A stretch of DNA of 64,000 bases from Candidatus Latescibacterota bacterium (GTDB taxonomy: Bacteria > Latescibacterota > UBA2968 > UBA8231). Numbering within the stretch: position 1 is the stretch's first letter; the number at the start of each line of letters is the position of its first letter. The notes beneath the pieces were generated by a model. It did not search any database, had not been told where the DNA came from, and saw only the letters and a list, made by a program, of their open reading frames with translations. A program made the translations under genes and the position numbers. Positions 1-10,624 of this stretch are shown piece after piece. The DNA lies in the NCBI GenBank assembly GCA_965208105.1, contig OZ242318.1, positions 3,744,001 to 3,808,000 of the forward strand. Reading direction: 5' to 3'.

Positions 1-6
1 CTGCAA

Positions 7-2484
7 GTGCGCGCGGACCTGGACCGGTTGCGCCTGGAGAAGGGGACCTGGTGGGTGAGCAGCGCCGAATCGCTGCGGGTGCGCTACGCCGGTGAGCGCG
101 CCGAGATCGGGCGCCTGCAGCTGAACTCACCCCTGGGAAATCTGCGCATCGCCGGTGCGGGACGCCGCGACAGCCTGCAACTGGAGGCCGAGGTAACCTC
201 CCTGACGCTGGAATCCCTGGTCCCCGGTCTGGAAGGAGAGGGCGGTGGGAGATTGAGCCTGGGCGGTACCCTGCAGAACCCGCAGGGCGGGGGCCGGATC
301 GAATTTAATGGGGCGACTCTCAGCGGTAGGCCCGTGGGAGACCTGAGCCTGGACGTGCAACTGGCCGACAGCCTGGAACTGGGGGGCGAGCTGAACCAGG
401 CGCAAGAGGCCGGACCGGAGCTGCGGCTGCGCTTTGCCCTTCCGGCCGCCGCCCTGTGGTCCGCGGCAGCCGATACCAGCAACCGCATGCACCTGGCCCT
501 GGCCGCCCGCCACCTGGATCTCGGCGCGCTGCTCTCCCATGCGCTGTCAGATTCCGCCGGCGGCCTGCTCGCCATGGATGGAGATGTTTCGGCGCCTGCA
601 GACCTTCTGACAGATCCCCTGCGGTGGCGCGATCTTGGCGGCCGGGTGAGGCTCGACCGGCTGGAGGTCGGGAAGGAGAACCTGCGGGCGACTCTCCCCG
701 ACACCGGGACCGTCACCCTGAGGGAAGACCACATGATCCTGCGCGATATCGGCCTGGCCCTCGAGGTCTACGACCGCGGGCGCGAGGGGTTCCGCGCCGG
801 AGGCCGGTTGGGCCTGGAAGGCCGGCTGCAGCCCGCGGGATCTTCCCTGCTGACCATGGGCCTGGAGGACCTGGACCTGGCCGTGCTCGAGGCCCTGGAG
901 GTGGCAGACCTGCCGCCGGGACGCGCCGACCTGCAGGGACGGATGGCCGGCTCCCTGCGGGATCCTGAAATGGAGATGGATTGGGCCATTGCCCTGGAGG
1001 ACCTGGGGGACCTCGAGGGGCGCCTGGAGGCGAGGTCGAAGGAGGGGTCGGCCGACCTGGTCTGGATCACCACCATCGGCGACAGTCTGCGGGTCGGAAT
1101 CACCTTGCCCTGGGACCTGAATGCCGGCACCGCGGCCTGGGAACGGGGGACCATGCAGGCCCGCTCCTCGGGGTTGGACATGTTGGCCTTTCTCGACCTG
1201 TTCCCCGACCTGGACCACCTGGGCGGCCGTCTGAGTCTCGACCTGGAGGCCGGCAATTTCACCGACGCGGTGGAGGTGCGCGGCCGCATGGACATCGCCG
1301 GTCTGTCGCTGACCCTGCTCGATTCCCAGCCGAGGTACGTCTTCGAGCCCGGAAGCCTGGTATTCGATGGCCGCCGAGGTGTGTTGCAGGGGTTCGCCGG
1401 CAGCTCCCACCGGGGCAAGGGCCGCATCGCCTTGTCCGGCTTCGCCGAGATAGCTTCCCTCACCGACCTCGTCTACGAGTTGGATCTGGAAGCGGAGGAC
1501 ATTCCCTACAGCTACGACGACATCTTCGATGCACCGGGCGTGGAGCTGGACCTCGGTCTGGACGCCACCCGCACGGGGTCCCTGCTGTCGGGTCGCGTGC
1601 GGATGGACGGCGCCCGGGTGGAACCTGCCCTGATCGACCTCGGCGCCCCGCCCGTGCCGCCGCCCCCACCGGCGGTGCGCAATGATTTCTTCGAGCGCAT
1701 GGAGCTGGACGTCGAGGTCGACGTCCGCGACATGGATGTCGAGAACGAGCTCATGGACCTGGAGGTGGAGGGTAGGGCCACCGCCTACGGCACCTTCTTC
1801 AAGCCCAAATTCCAGGGCGAGATGCGGGTGGTGGAGGGCAAGGTGTTTCTCCTCAACCGCGCCTTCGACTTCCGCAAGGGGCGCATCAACCTGGACAAGC
1901 TGGTGCCGACCTACTCCATCCTCGATCTGGCCTACGATCCATTCCTGCTCAATCCCGAGGTGGATATCGAGGCGGTGACCCGGGTCGTTCCCGTGGATGA
2001 CGATGAGGCCGATGAGGAGGAATACGAAATCGTCTTCCAGTTGCGCGGCCCCGCCCTCGAGGTCGAGCCCAAGTTCGTGGCCGAAGGCCTCACCGACAAT
2101 CAGACACTCATGCTCCTGGCCTTCGGCTACCGCTCCGTCAGCACCCTCAGCGATGACAAGTACCAAGGAGCAAAGGACGCCCTCAAAACCACCGCCGGGC
2201 AGCTGCTGCTGAGCCCCCAGATAAAGAAGATCGGTCTGGACGAGTTCGAGATCCTTCCCTCGGGTACGGATCTGGGCACGGTGGGAATGATCTCGGTGAG
2301 CATGGGCAGGTACTTCAGGGGCCCGCTGCCCCTGTGGGTGCGCTACGAGGCGGCGACCAGCGAGCCGGCTTTGGGCCAGTTCAGCGTGGAACACAGGTTG
2401 AGGTCGTACCTGACCATCACGGCCACGGCCCACAGCAAGTACGAGCTCTACGGTCTTGGAGTCGGGCTCAAAAAGAAATTCTAG
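7..2484 (+). CDS. tamB: Translocation and assembly module TamB-like protein (probably 5'-partial)
   Basis: Long beta-taco-type repetitive sequence with a DUF490-like C-terminal region (GEMRVVEGKVFLLNRAFDFRKGRI...); immediately upstream of a TamA/BamA-family gene. The true start likely lies before the window. Confidence 0.75.
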   Translation: MRADLDRLRLEKGTWWVSSAESLRVRYAGERAEIGRLQLNSPLGNLRIAGAGRRDSLQLEAEVTSLTLESLVPGLEGEGGGRLSLGGTLQNPQGGGRIEFNGATLSGRPVGDLSLDVQLADSLELGGELNQAQEAGPELRLRFALPAAALWSAAADTSNRMHLALAARHLDLGALLSHALSDSAGGLLAMDGDVSAPADLLTDPLRWRDLGGRVRLDRLEVGKENLRATLPDTGTVTLREDHMILRDIGLALEVYDRGREGFRAGGRLGLEGRLQPAGSSLLTMGLEDLDLAVLEALEVADLPPGRADLQGRMAGSLRDPEMEMDWAIALEDLGDLEGRLEARSKEGSADLVWITTIGDSLRVGITLPWDLNAGTAAWERGTMQARSSGLDMLAFLDLFPDLDHLGGRLSLDLEAGNFTDAVEVRGRMDIAGLSLTLLDSQPRYVFEPGSLVFDGRRGVLQGFAGSSHRGKGRIALSGFAEIASLTDLVYELDLEAEDIPYSYDDIFDAPGVELDLGLDATRTGSLLSGRVRMDGARVEPALIDLGAPPVPPPPPAVRNDFFERMELDVEVDVRDMDVENELMDLEVEGRATAYGTFFKPKFQGEMRVVEGKVFLLNRAFDFRKGRINLDKLVPTYSILDLAYDPFLLNPEVDIEAVTRVVPVDDDEADEEEYEIVFQLRGPALEVEPKFVAEGLTDNQTLMLLAFGYRSVSTLSDDKYQGAKDALKTTAGQLLLSPQIKKIGLDEFEILPSGTDLGTVGMISVSMGRYFRGPLPLWVRYEAATSEPALGQFSVEHRLRSYLTITATAHSKYELYGLGVGLKKKF

Positions 2485-2499
2485 GGTATCGGCGCACAT

Positions 2500-4644
2500 A
2501 TGACAGGAATATCTATGTGGCGTGTTCTGGTGTTTGCCGTAGCGTGGACGGTGATGGAGATGGGTCAGGTCCTGGCCCTCCAGGAGGGACGGCGGGTCTC
2601 TCTGCGCCAGGCGGATGGCTCCCGGGTGGCTTCCATTCGCTTCCTGCATTTGAACAAAAAGCCCATCAAGAACAGCATCCTGCGCTCCGCCATGCAGACG
2701 CGGGCGGGGGAGCCGCTGCAGCGCCGTTTTCTGCGCAACGATCTGACGGTGATCGAGAACCTCTACCGCGGCAAGGGCTTCATGGGCGCCAAGGTGGTGG
2801 GCAAGACGTTGGAGCTGGACGACGAAGGGAAGTTGCACATCACCATCAAGATCGACAGCGGCGGCAAATGGAGAGTGGAGGCGGTGCGCCTGGCACTGGC
2901 GGACTCGGTTCTGGCGGGGTCCCTGCGGAAGGTGCTGTCGTCCGGACCTGGCAAGCTGTTCCTCTACGCCAAGGTGTTGCAGGACGAACGGGCCCTGCAG
3001 ACCCGGCTCAACAGCCAGGGCTACGCCCACGCCCGGGTGCGCAATCATCTCGAGCTGGACTCGCGAAGCCGCACGGCCAGGATTACCTACGAGGTCGATC
3101 CCGGCCCCAAGCTCTATTTCGGCGCCGTGCGCATCATCGGGGTTAAAGGAAACGAGGAAAGGGAGTTGTTGACCAATCCCGCCCTGGTGGGGCGCCAACT
3201 CACCTTCGACGAGGGCGACCTCTACGACCCGGAACACCTGCGGCAGAGCAGCAGCAACCTGGCGCGCACCGATCTCTTTCGCTCCATTGTCCTGAGCACC
3301 CCTGCCTCGGCGCTGCAGGACAGCCTGCAGTCGGTGGAGATTCGCCTGGAAGAGAAGAAGTACGTCCACCTCGGGGCGCAGTTCTCCCTCCAGAACACCG
3401 ACTCCCGCGTTGCCGCCAACGTGCAGCACGGAAACTGGCTGGGGCGCGGCGGCCGGCTGGGGTTCGACGCCAGCCTCGGGCAGCCGCTGCAGGGCGGCAA
3501 GGCCTTTCTGACCGAGCGCAATGTCTTCGATAGCGGCGCCGATTTGACCGTAGCGGCCGGACTCACCGAAGAGTGGGGCCAGACTCTGGTGCGGGCGGAC
3601 CCCGGGGATTCCCTCCAGTTCGAGCTGTTGACCACCAATGACTCCATCCTGGAGGGACTCCTGCTCTTTGCCGGGGAGGAGAGCACATCTGCGTACATCT
3701 CAGCCTCCAGCTACGACTTCCGCTCCATCGAGCGCCTGTGGAACTTCGACAGCGCCCTCTACAGGGCGTGGGAACCAGGCGGCGACCTGACCTATCAGCT
3801 CCACTTTTCGGTGGCCTGGGCCCAGTGGCGCCGCCGCCCCACCGGCGCCCACGTCACCTACAATCCGAGGGATGAATCCGGCGGTGGCGAAGGGTTCGAC
3901 GACGATGGACTCTTCGCTGACGACGATCCCTTCGGCGATGATGAGTCGCAGGAGGAGGCGGGGGACGGCGAGGAGCCCGCCGCCGGTGGACCCGATGAGG
4001 AGGACTCCTTCGTCGACTACGGCGATGAGGAAAAAATCCCTCTGGACCGGACCTGGCGGCGGATCCTGGCGGAGGAGTCGAGCACGATCAACCTTACCGC
4101 CGGCTTCGAGCGCGACACCCGCGACAACCAGATTGCCCCCACCCGCGGTTCCTTCCTGCGGCTGACCGGGCTCTACGCCATCCAGGTGGGTCGCCGTGCC
4201 ACCCGGGTGCTGGACGGGGATTTCGAGGCGCGCTACTACCGCCCGTGGGGTAGGTACCTGGTATGGGCCCAGGGCCTGCGCCTGGTGCAGGTGGCCTCGC
4301 TGCGCCCGGACCGGGCCTTGCCGGGGTCCTACTGGAAGGAGTTCGGCGGCGAGGGAAGCGTGCGCGGGGTGGAGCGCGACGGGATACAGGTGGCGGGCGG
4401 CGGCAGAGCGGGAATCAATTTGCGGAGCGAGGTGCGGCTCTACTGGCGGGATATGGGCGTGGTGGTGTTCTGGGACCGGGCCCAAGTATGGCGCCGCAAC
4501 GCGGACGTGGACCTGCGGAAAATGGTGGACGGTTACGGGATGGGGCTGCGCTACACCATGGGCATCCCCTTTCGCTTCGATCTGGGATCGAGCCGTGGCT
4601 TTAATGATAAAAGGTATTATTTTTCTATAGGGCAGGCATTCTAG
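2500..4644 (+). CDS. BamA/TamA (Omp85) family outer-membrane protein with POTRA domains
   Basis: Signal-like N-terminus, POTRA motifs (IENLYRGKGF, LNSQGYAHARV, GDLYDPEHL), GGEGSVRG motif, C-terminal YYFSIGQAF. Confidence 0.88.
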   Translation: MTGISMWRVLVFAVAWTVMEMGQVLALQEGRRVSLRQADGSRVASIRFLHLNKKPIKNSILRSAMQTRAGEPLQRRFLRNDLTVIENLYRGKGFMGAKVVGKTLELDDEGKLHITIKIDSGGKWRVEAVRLALADSVLAGSLRKVLSSGPGKLFLYAKVLQDERALQTRLNSQGYAHARVRNHLELDSRSRTARITYEVDPGPKLYFGAVRIIGVKGNEERELLTNPALVGRQLTFDEGDLYDPEHLRQSSSNLARTDLFRSIVLSTPASALQDSLQSVEIRLEEKKYVHLGAQFSLQNTDSRVAANVQHGNWLGRGGRLGFDASLGQPLQGGKAFLTERNVFDSGADLTVAAGLTEEWGQTLVRADPGDSLQFELLTTNDSILEGLLLFAGEESTSAYISASSYDFRSIERLWNFDSALYRAWEPGGDLTYQLHFSVAWAQWRRRPTGAHVTYNPRDESGGGEGFDDDGLFADDDPFGDDESQEEAGDGEEPAAGGPDEEDSFVDYGDEEKIPLDRTWRRILAEESSTINLTAGFERDTRDNQIAPTRGSFLRLTGLYAIQVGRRATRVLDGDFEARYYRPWGRYLVWAQGLRLVQVASLRPDRALPGSYWKEFGGEGSVRGVERDGIQVAGGGRAGINLRSEVRLYWRDMGVVVFWDRAQVWRRNADVDLRKMVDGYGMGLRYTMGIPFRFDLGSSRGFNDKRYYFSIGQAF

Positions 4645-4671
4645 GAATTGAGCCTTATCCGGAGGAGCGCT

Positions 4672-6540
4672 ATGCAGCACAGAGGGTTCCGCAGCAGCAT
4701 CACCACCCAGGGAAGGCGCATGGCCGGCGCCCGCGCCCTGTGGCGGGCGACGGGGATGAAGAAGGAAGATTTCCGCAAGCCCATCGTCGCCATCGCCAAT
4801 TCCTTCACCCAGTTCGTGCCCGGCCACGTGCACCTTCACCCCATCGGCCAGCGGGTGAAAGCGGTGATCGACGCCAGCGGCGGCTACGGGGTGGAATTCA
4901 ACACCATCGCCGTGGACGACGGCATCGCCATGGGCCACGACGGGATGCTCTACTCCCTGCCCAGCCGCGAGCTGATCGCCGACAGCGTCGAGTACATGGT
5001 CCAGGGCCACAAGGCCGACGCCCTGGTCTGCATCTCCAATTGCGACAAGATCACCCCGGGCATGCTCCTGGCCGCCCTGCGCCTGAACATCCCCACGGTC
5101 TTCGTCTCCGGCGGGCCCATGGAGGCCGGGCGCGCCAAGCTTGCCGGCGGTGAAGCCAAGCTCGATCTGATCGACTCCATGGTCGCCGCCGGGGACAGCA
5201 GCATAAGCGACGCCGAGGTCGAGAAATTCGAGGAATCGGCCTGTCCCACCTGCGGCTCGTGCTCCGGGATGTTCACCGCCAACAGCATGAACTGCCTCAA
5301 CGAGGCCATCGGCCTGGCGTTGCCGGGCAACGGTACGATTCTGGCCACGCACGCGCTGCGCTGGGAGCTCTTCGAGGCCGCCGCCAGGAGAATCGTGGAA
5401 ATGGCCAAGGCCTACTACCTGGAGGGCGACAGTTCGGTGCTGCCGCGCAGCATCGCCACCTTCGAGGCCTTCGAGAATGCCATGACTCTCGATATCGCCA
5501 TGGGAGGGTCGACCAATACGGTGCTGCACCTGCTGGCCATGGCCCGGGAGGCGGGAGTCGACTTCACCATGGCGGACATCGACCGCCTTTCGCGCCAGGT
5601 GCCCTGCATCTGCAAGGTGGCGCCGGCCACCAACCGCTTCCACGTGGAGGACGTGGCCCGGGCGGGGGGCATTCCCTCCATTCTCGGCGAGCTTCTGCGC
5701 GCCGGCAGAATCCACCCCCACGTGCGCACGGTGGCGGGCGATTCCCTGGGAGCGATGATCGCCGGCAACGACCTTCGCGGCGACCCGGACCAGATCACCG
5801 AGTTCGCCCGCAGGCGCGGCCTTGCCGCTCCCGGGAACGTGCGCACCAGGGAGGCCTTTGCGCAGGAGAGCTACTACCCCGATTCCGACCTTGATTCCGA
5901 AGCGGGCTGCATCCGCTCGGTGGAGCACGCCTACTCGAAGGACGGCGGTCTGGCCGTGCTGTTCGGCAATATCGCCACCGAGGGCTGCATCGTGAAGACC
6001 GCCGGGGTGGACGAATCCATCCTGGTGTTCGAGGGTCCGGCCCGGGTCTTCGAGTCGCAGGAGGCGGCCTGCGAGGGGATACTGGGGGACCGCGTCCGCG
6101 CCGGCGACGTGGTGGTAATTCGCTACGAAGGGCCCAAGGGAGGACCGGGGATGCAGGAGATGCTGTACCCCACCTCCTACATCAAGGCCAAGCACCTCGG
6201 TGCCGAGTGCGCCCTGCTGACCGACGGGCGCTTCAGCGGCGGGACGAGCGGGCTGTCCATCGGGCACGTGTCTCCCGAGGCGGCCGAGGGCGGCGCCATT
6301 GCCCTCATCGACGAGGGGGACCTGGTGCGGATAGACATACCCGGGCGCTCCATCGAGGTTGTCCTCCCGGAGGAGGAGCTGGAACGGCGGCGACAGAGGA
6401 TGGAAGCCATGGGTCCGGACGCATATCGGCCGCTCAAGCGCAAGCGCTACGTTTCGCAGGCCCTGCAGGCCTATGCCGCGCTGACCACCGGCGCCGCCCA
6501 GGGGGCGGTGCGCGACGTGGGACAGCTCGGGGGGCGATGA
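4672..6540 (+). CDS. ilvD: Dihydroxy-acid dehydratase
   Basis: [55 protein letters not shown]; RBS GGAGG at 4661 precedes ATG 4672. Confidence 0.97.
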   Translation: MQHRGFRSSITTQGRRMAGARALWRATGMKKEDFRKPIVAIANSFTQFVPGHVHLHPIGQRVKAVIDASGGYGVEFNTIAVDDGIAMGHDGMLYSLPSRELIADSVEYMVQGHKADALVCISNCDKITPGMLLAALRLNIPTVFVSGGPMEAGRAKLAGGEAKLDLIDSMVAAGDSSISDAEVEKFEESACPTCGSCSGMFTANSMNCLNEAIGLALPGNGTILATHALRWELFEAAARRIVEMAKAYYLEGDSSVLPRSIATFEAFENAMTLDIAMGGSTNTVLHLLAMAREAGVDFTMADIDRLSRQVPCICKVAPATNRFHVEDVARAGGIPSILGELLRAGRIHPHVRTVAGDSLGAMIAGNDLRGDPDQITEFARRRGLAAPGNVRTREAFAQESYYPDSDLDSEAGCIRSVEHAYSKDGGLAVLFGNIATEGCIVKTAGVDESILVFEGPARVFESQEAACEGILGDRVRAGDVVVIRYEGPKGGPGMQEMLYPTSYIKAKHLGAECALLTDGRFSGGTSGLSIGHVSPEAAEGGAIALIDEGDLVRIDIPGRSIEVVLPEEELERRRQRMEAMGPDAYRPLKRKRYVSQALQAYAALTTGAAQGAVRDVGQLGGR

Positions 6541-6683
6541 GCCGGGACGGCGCAGCAGCGGCCGGTGCTCCGGCAGGCCGGAGCGGACCGCGGCCGCAGG
6601 GGAGGCAGGCCGGGCGCACCGCACGGAGGCCGCCGCGATCCTCCCTTCTCCAATTTCACCTTGCTTGACCGCGGCGAGGCCGA

Positions 6684-6712
6684 TTGACTCAGGGCGGAGT
6701 GACGGCTATATT
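6684..6712 (+). promoter_or_regulatory. Sigma70-type promoter of ssrA
   Basis: TTGACT-17 nt-TATATT, 23 nt upstream of the mature tmRNA 5' end. Confidence 0.7.
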
Positions 6713-6735
6713 CTGTCCAGGACAAAGACAATCTT

Positions 6736-7093
6736 GGGGGCGATTGGATTCGACGTGGGTGGAGAAGCCAGGATTGCGTGCCGAGGTCCCCGGCACCTCG
6801 TAAAAAAGCGGGGAAATTATTAAACGCCAATAGCGATTACGCTCTGGCTGCCTGAGCGATCGGGTAGCCCGCCGGGGCCGGTGGAGCCTGTGACGGCGGT
6901 CCTGGTGTCATCTCTTTGCAGGCTAGCCGAGATCTCTTCGTTCAGGGGGGTTTCAGCGAAATCTACTGAACTGGTTCCCCGGAAATCCTGTCAGTCGGAG
7001 TTGCGGGGAACGAGACCAATAGACTGACTACGCACGTAGCAGATCCGGCGGAACCATTTGCGGACGCGGGTTCGATTCCCGCCGCCTCCACCA
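6736..7093 (+). ncRNA. ssrA: tmRNA; tag reading frame 6826-6855 encodes ANSDYALAA*
   Basis: 5' GGGGGCGATTGGATTCGAC; 3' GACGCGGGTTCGATTCCCGCCGCCTCCACCA; acceptor stem with G3:U pair; tag ends in YALAA. Confidence 0.97.
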
Positions 7094-7144
7094 ATGAAAA
7101 TGTTTAACTTTCTGTTGAACTTTGAGTTGTGGAATGTAATATCA

Positions 7145-7166
7145 GGTAATTATCACTTTAATTACC
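7145..7166. repeat. Perfect 8-bp inverted repeat with 6-bp spacer (GGTAATTA-TCACTT-TAATTACC)
   Basis: Seen directly, in an AT-rich stretch ~50 bp behind the tmRNA 3' end. Confidence 0.7.
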
Positions 7167-7391
7167 ATAATCGCATGTTGTAGCTCATGTTCGTACCCCG
7201 GCTGAGGTCTATGCCGGTTGTTCGTATAAACCTTCCCTGATCCCACCTTTCCAACGCTTCCCGTTCATCGATTTAGGTCATTCCAAAGGGCTTCGAGGAT
7301 CAATACCGGATCGGTTCTAGGGAACCTCGCGCGGATTGACGCCGTGCCAACACTCGGTGTCCAAGGTTCAACCAGGGTGCCTCGGCAGTTC

Positions 7392-8228
7392 TTACGGCAC
7401 CTCCGGATCGAACCATGGCGTCCAGTTACTCAGAGATAGGGCGCCATCGGCAACGAGGCTGGCGCCGTTGATGTACCTGGCTGCCGGCGAACACAGAAAC
7501 AACACAATTGCCGCAATCTCGTGGGGATCGGCCAGGCGGTGAGCGGGGATATCCTTTCGGGCGAGAGACTCGTAGTCGTCATAAGGCAGCTGGCCAAACT
7601 CTTCCTCTCGTAAGCCATCCGTAGCGACGAATCCCGGAGCGAGGGCGTTAACGGTGACGCCGTGACGGGCATAGTAGTAGGCCAGGGATTTGGTCAGGTT
7701 TTGTACCCCTGCTCGCGCTGCGCCGGAGTGAGCGAAAGGCGGCCCTCCGCGTTCGAGTGCGTAGATATGGACAATGTTGACGATACAGCCGAAACCGTTC
7801 TCAATCATGTGGGGTCCGAGGCGGCTGCACATGTTCCAGGTTCCATTGAGGTTCAGGTCGATGACGGCACGCCAACCGTTGTCGCTGATCTTCGAAGGAG
7901 GACCCGGGAATTGGCCACCCGCGTTGTTGATGAGGAAATCGACCGACCCGAACCGCTCCAGGGTCTTTTCCATCAGCGCGTCGACCGCTTCCGTTTCGCG
8001 GATGTTGGTAGGCACTGCCAGGCACTCGGCGCCAGCCTGGGCGATCTCCTTAGCGGTGGGATCCAGATTCTCTGCCTTGCGGCTGGCTATGACAACGTTG
8101 GCTCCGAATCGCGCAAAGGCGAGAACGATATGTCGGCCAATGCCGCGGCCTCCTCCGGTGACGAGCGCAGTTCGTCCGTTGAAGAGGTCGGGGGAAAAGA
8201 TGTCCAGGGGGGGCGATTCAACCTTCAT
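7392..8228 (-). CDS. SDR oxidoreductase (2,4-dienoyl-CoA reductase-like)
   Basis: TGGGRGIG, NNAGGQF, HSGAARAGV, VNALAPG; start taken at MKVESPP. Confidence 0.88.
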   Translation of the reverse strand: MKVESPPLDIFSPDLFNGRTALVTGGGRGIGRHIVLAFARFGANVVIASRKAENLDPTAKEIAQAGAECLAVPTNIRETEAVDALMEKTLERFGSVDFLINNAGGQFPGPPSKISDNGWRAVIDLNLNGTWNMCSRLGPHMIENGFGCIVNIVHIYALERGGPPFAHSGAARAGVQNLTKSLAYYYARHGVTVNALAPGFVATDGLREEEFGQLPYDDYESLARKDIPAHRLADPHEIAAIVLFLCSPAARYINGASLVADGALSLSNWTPWFDPEVP

Positions 8229-8460
8229 TTTCCCCACTCCCTTGCTCGCGCTTGTTTCGATTTTGAGTAATGCGCTGCGCCGTGCCTGGATCGAAGAACC
8301 CGCGAATGGTGGCCTCGGTATCGAGCTCGATGGCACCTTCGACATCCAGGTGGCAGGCGCGGTTGATCACTCTTTTTAGATCGCGAACGGCCCGTTCGGG
8401 CAGGGCGGCGATCCGCTGGCACGCTGCTTCGGCTTCGGTGAAAAGCTCCAATTCGGGCAC
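8218..8460 (-). pseudogene. 3' remnant of an enoyl-CoA hydratase/crotonase-like gene
   Basis: ELFTEAEAACQRIAALPERAVRDLKRVINRACHLDVEGAIELDTEA resembles the crotonase C-terminal helices; no N-terminal part present. Confidence 0.55.
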
Positions 8461-8717
8461 GATGAGCTCACCTTTCTCATCAGGGTCTACGTCGATGAGT
8501 AGGCAACTCCGGTTTTCGTAGGGGGCCCGCCGGTGCCGAACCAAGCCGTGCAGCAGATCGTGGAGACGGGTGCGCGCCGCATCATCCGCTTTGCACGAAG
8601 CGCGGCCTGCTCGACCGACACCGCAGCCGATCCGCTCTCCGACGAGGAACCCGTGCGGGCGGCTTTGGCGTGTAGCTCGGAGATGTTCATTTTGGACCGC
8701 GGAATGGCATGGCAGAT

Positions 8718-10313
8718 CTACAGACTGAACGCGAACAGCGTCGCCTTGTACATCTCGATGCGAATCGCCAGCGAATCCGATAGCCGGGCGACGTTGTCAT
8801 TGCCTCTCCAGGTAACGACCCGTTCCAGCTCGTCTCCCTGGAGGACGTCGCAGTCGGCGAAGCTATAACCTTCGATTGCACTGAGGGAACCGGACAGGTG
8901 TGGTTTCGGCCCGACATGAGTGATGAGCTCGACCTTGACGAAGCCACCAGATTCCGTCTTGTAGTTTAGGCGCAGTTGTCTCGGTGGCTCGTTCGGGTCC
9001 TCGACGGGCGGAAAGCGATTGTGTATCGGCGCCGGGATGGCGTCGGGGCAGTCTGGCGGCGCTCGATAGAGGTCCTGGCGCAAGGTCAGCCTTCCGTCCC
9101 CTTTGCAACGGATTCCCGCGAGGCGATCCTTCTCCCACAAGGCGTAGCGAATGGGGAGATTCACGTGGGCACTGTCGTGTGCTAGCTTGCGGTCCGTGCC
9201 CCAGTAGGTGATGGCGTAGCGTCCGTCCGGCATTTCCAACAGCCCCGGGCCGGCGTCGAGTGCGGATCCGTAGCCTGCGCCTTCTGAATAGTTGTCAATG
9301 AGGTGGTGGTTGCGGTCCGGCCGCTCCCAGTTGAGGCCGTCGTGGCTGACTGCGAGCTGAATGTCCTTGGTCCCAGCCGACTGGGCGAACCGCGACAGGA
9401 ACATCAAGTGCAGATCGTTGCGGCCCGGATAACGAGTGTAGGCGTGATTATAGAAGGAGACGTCCGGCGGGTCGAGGGCGTCGTTCATTACGGCCAGCCG
9501 CTCCGGCTTAAAAGTGCAAAAGTCGTCGCTCTCGCAGCGGCCGGCGCAGCGCCTGCCGGCAACGTGAAAGCGGCAATAGCCGACGTATTTTCCGAGCACC
9601 TCGTCATAGAAGACGATGTTATCGCCGTCGACGAACTCCTCGAGGAGCGGTTCCTCCAGATCTGTCCAGTTGAATCCGTCGGGTGAGACGGCACCCATCA
9701 TGAAGGATTTCAACGTTCCCCACTCGCCTTCGAACTTCTCCCTGTTCCACTCCTGAAGGTGTATGTGATCCTGAATATCCGGGTTCTTCGGGCCGCCCAT
9801 GCGGGCCACGGCGTCCTTGTCCAGTTGCACCTCGACGTAGTTGCCATCGGCATCCGGCTCGCGCGCGTAGAAACCGCTCTTGCCTCTAATTGCCTTGAAA
9901 CGCTCCTCCGGCGGCGCCGATGGATCTTCGAACACGCGGCTGTACTTCGTGGACACGATGTTGTTCTTCGTCGACCCCTCGAACTCCACTGCCCCGAACT
10001 CCGGTTTAGTCCAGTTGTAGCCGTCTTCGCTTTCCGCCCGGCAAAGGCCTGCGGGCGTCTGGTAGTCGATGATGTATAGGCCATCCTTGATGTTGAAGGA
10101 GGTAACCGGTCCGCCTCCATCTTGTTCCCAGGGTCGATCCGGCGGCAGTATCGGCTCGCTCCTTTCCGCGGGCTGCGCCTCGATTTCGATTCCCATCGGC
10201 ACATCCCACGATTTCGATGTGCCGTCCTTGAATCCAATGTAACCGGCGTGAACGTACCACCAGTCGAGCAGCGGCCCCGTCGTCGGATTCCCAGTTGTCG
10301 GATCTGTTACCAT
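8718..10313 (-). CDS. Hypothetical protein, probable beta-propeller glycoside-hydrolase-like; paralog of 59048-60592
   Basis: Asp-box-like motifs (AESEDGYNW, AVSPDGFNW, AVSHDGLNW); RBS GAGAGG before ATG 10313. Confidence 0.7.
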   Translation of the reverse strand: MVTDPTTGNPTTGPLLDWWYVHAGYIGFKDGTSKSWDVPMGIEIEAQPAERSEPILPPDRPWEQDGGGPVTSFNIKDGLYIIDYQTPAGLCRAESEDGYNWTKPEFGAVEFEGSTKNNIVSTKYSRVFEDPSAPPEERFKAIRGKSGFYAREPDADGNYVEVQLDKDAVARMGGPKNPDIQDHIHLQEWNREKFEGEWGTLKSFMMGAVSPDGFNWTDLEEPLLEEFVDGDNIVFYDEVLGKYVGYCRFHVAGRRCAGRCESDDFCTFKPERLAVMNDALDPPDVSFYNHAYTRYPGRNDLHLMFLSRFAQSAGTKDIQLAVSHDGLNWERPDRNHHLIDNYSEGAGYGSALDAGPGLLEMPDGRYAITYWGTDRKLAHDSAHVNLPIRYALWEKDRLAGIRCKGDGRLTLRQDLYRAPPDCPDAIPAPIHNRFPPVEDPNEPPRQLRLNYKTESGGFVKVELITHVGPKPHLSGSLSAIEGYSFADCDVLQGDELERVVTWRGNDNVARLSDSLAIRIEMYKATLFAFSL

Positions 10314-10369
10314 GACGGATTTCCTCTCAAGCTGCGCCCGTCCGCCTTTTTCGCAGGCTCCATTCGAAT

Positions 10370-10489
10370 TCACCAATACTCGCTACAACAAAACAGAGCT
10401 AAGTGACCAGGACGCGATTCGATCGCCTCGTCGTCGTTGATGATGATTTGGCGGCGTCGCCAAGGTGCTTGTCGTCGTTGTTCGTTCAT
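10370..10489 (-). pseudogene. 5' remnant of a gene paralogous to 51833-53440
   Basis: AAGGAG RBS then MNEQRRQAPWRRRQIIINDD...*, matching MDETRRAARWRRRRIIYNND; ends after 39 aa. Confidence 0.6.
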
Positions 10490-10624
10490 CACATCTCCTT
10501 GCACCTCGCAGAAATGGTATGGATATTTAACGGCCGCATCAAGAGCAGAGGGCTAGGGATCGAACTCTGGAATACATGCGATCCTCAGTAGGGAGATCGC
10601 AGGTTGCGGAATCGGAGGTTGAGG

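Noticed and set aside
547-6624. Very long antisense ORFs (547-3429, 3700-6624; similarly 16540-18903, 19004-20833, 54957-57086)
   Set aside because: Shadow frames of real GC-rich genes, with no protein motifs.
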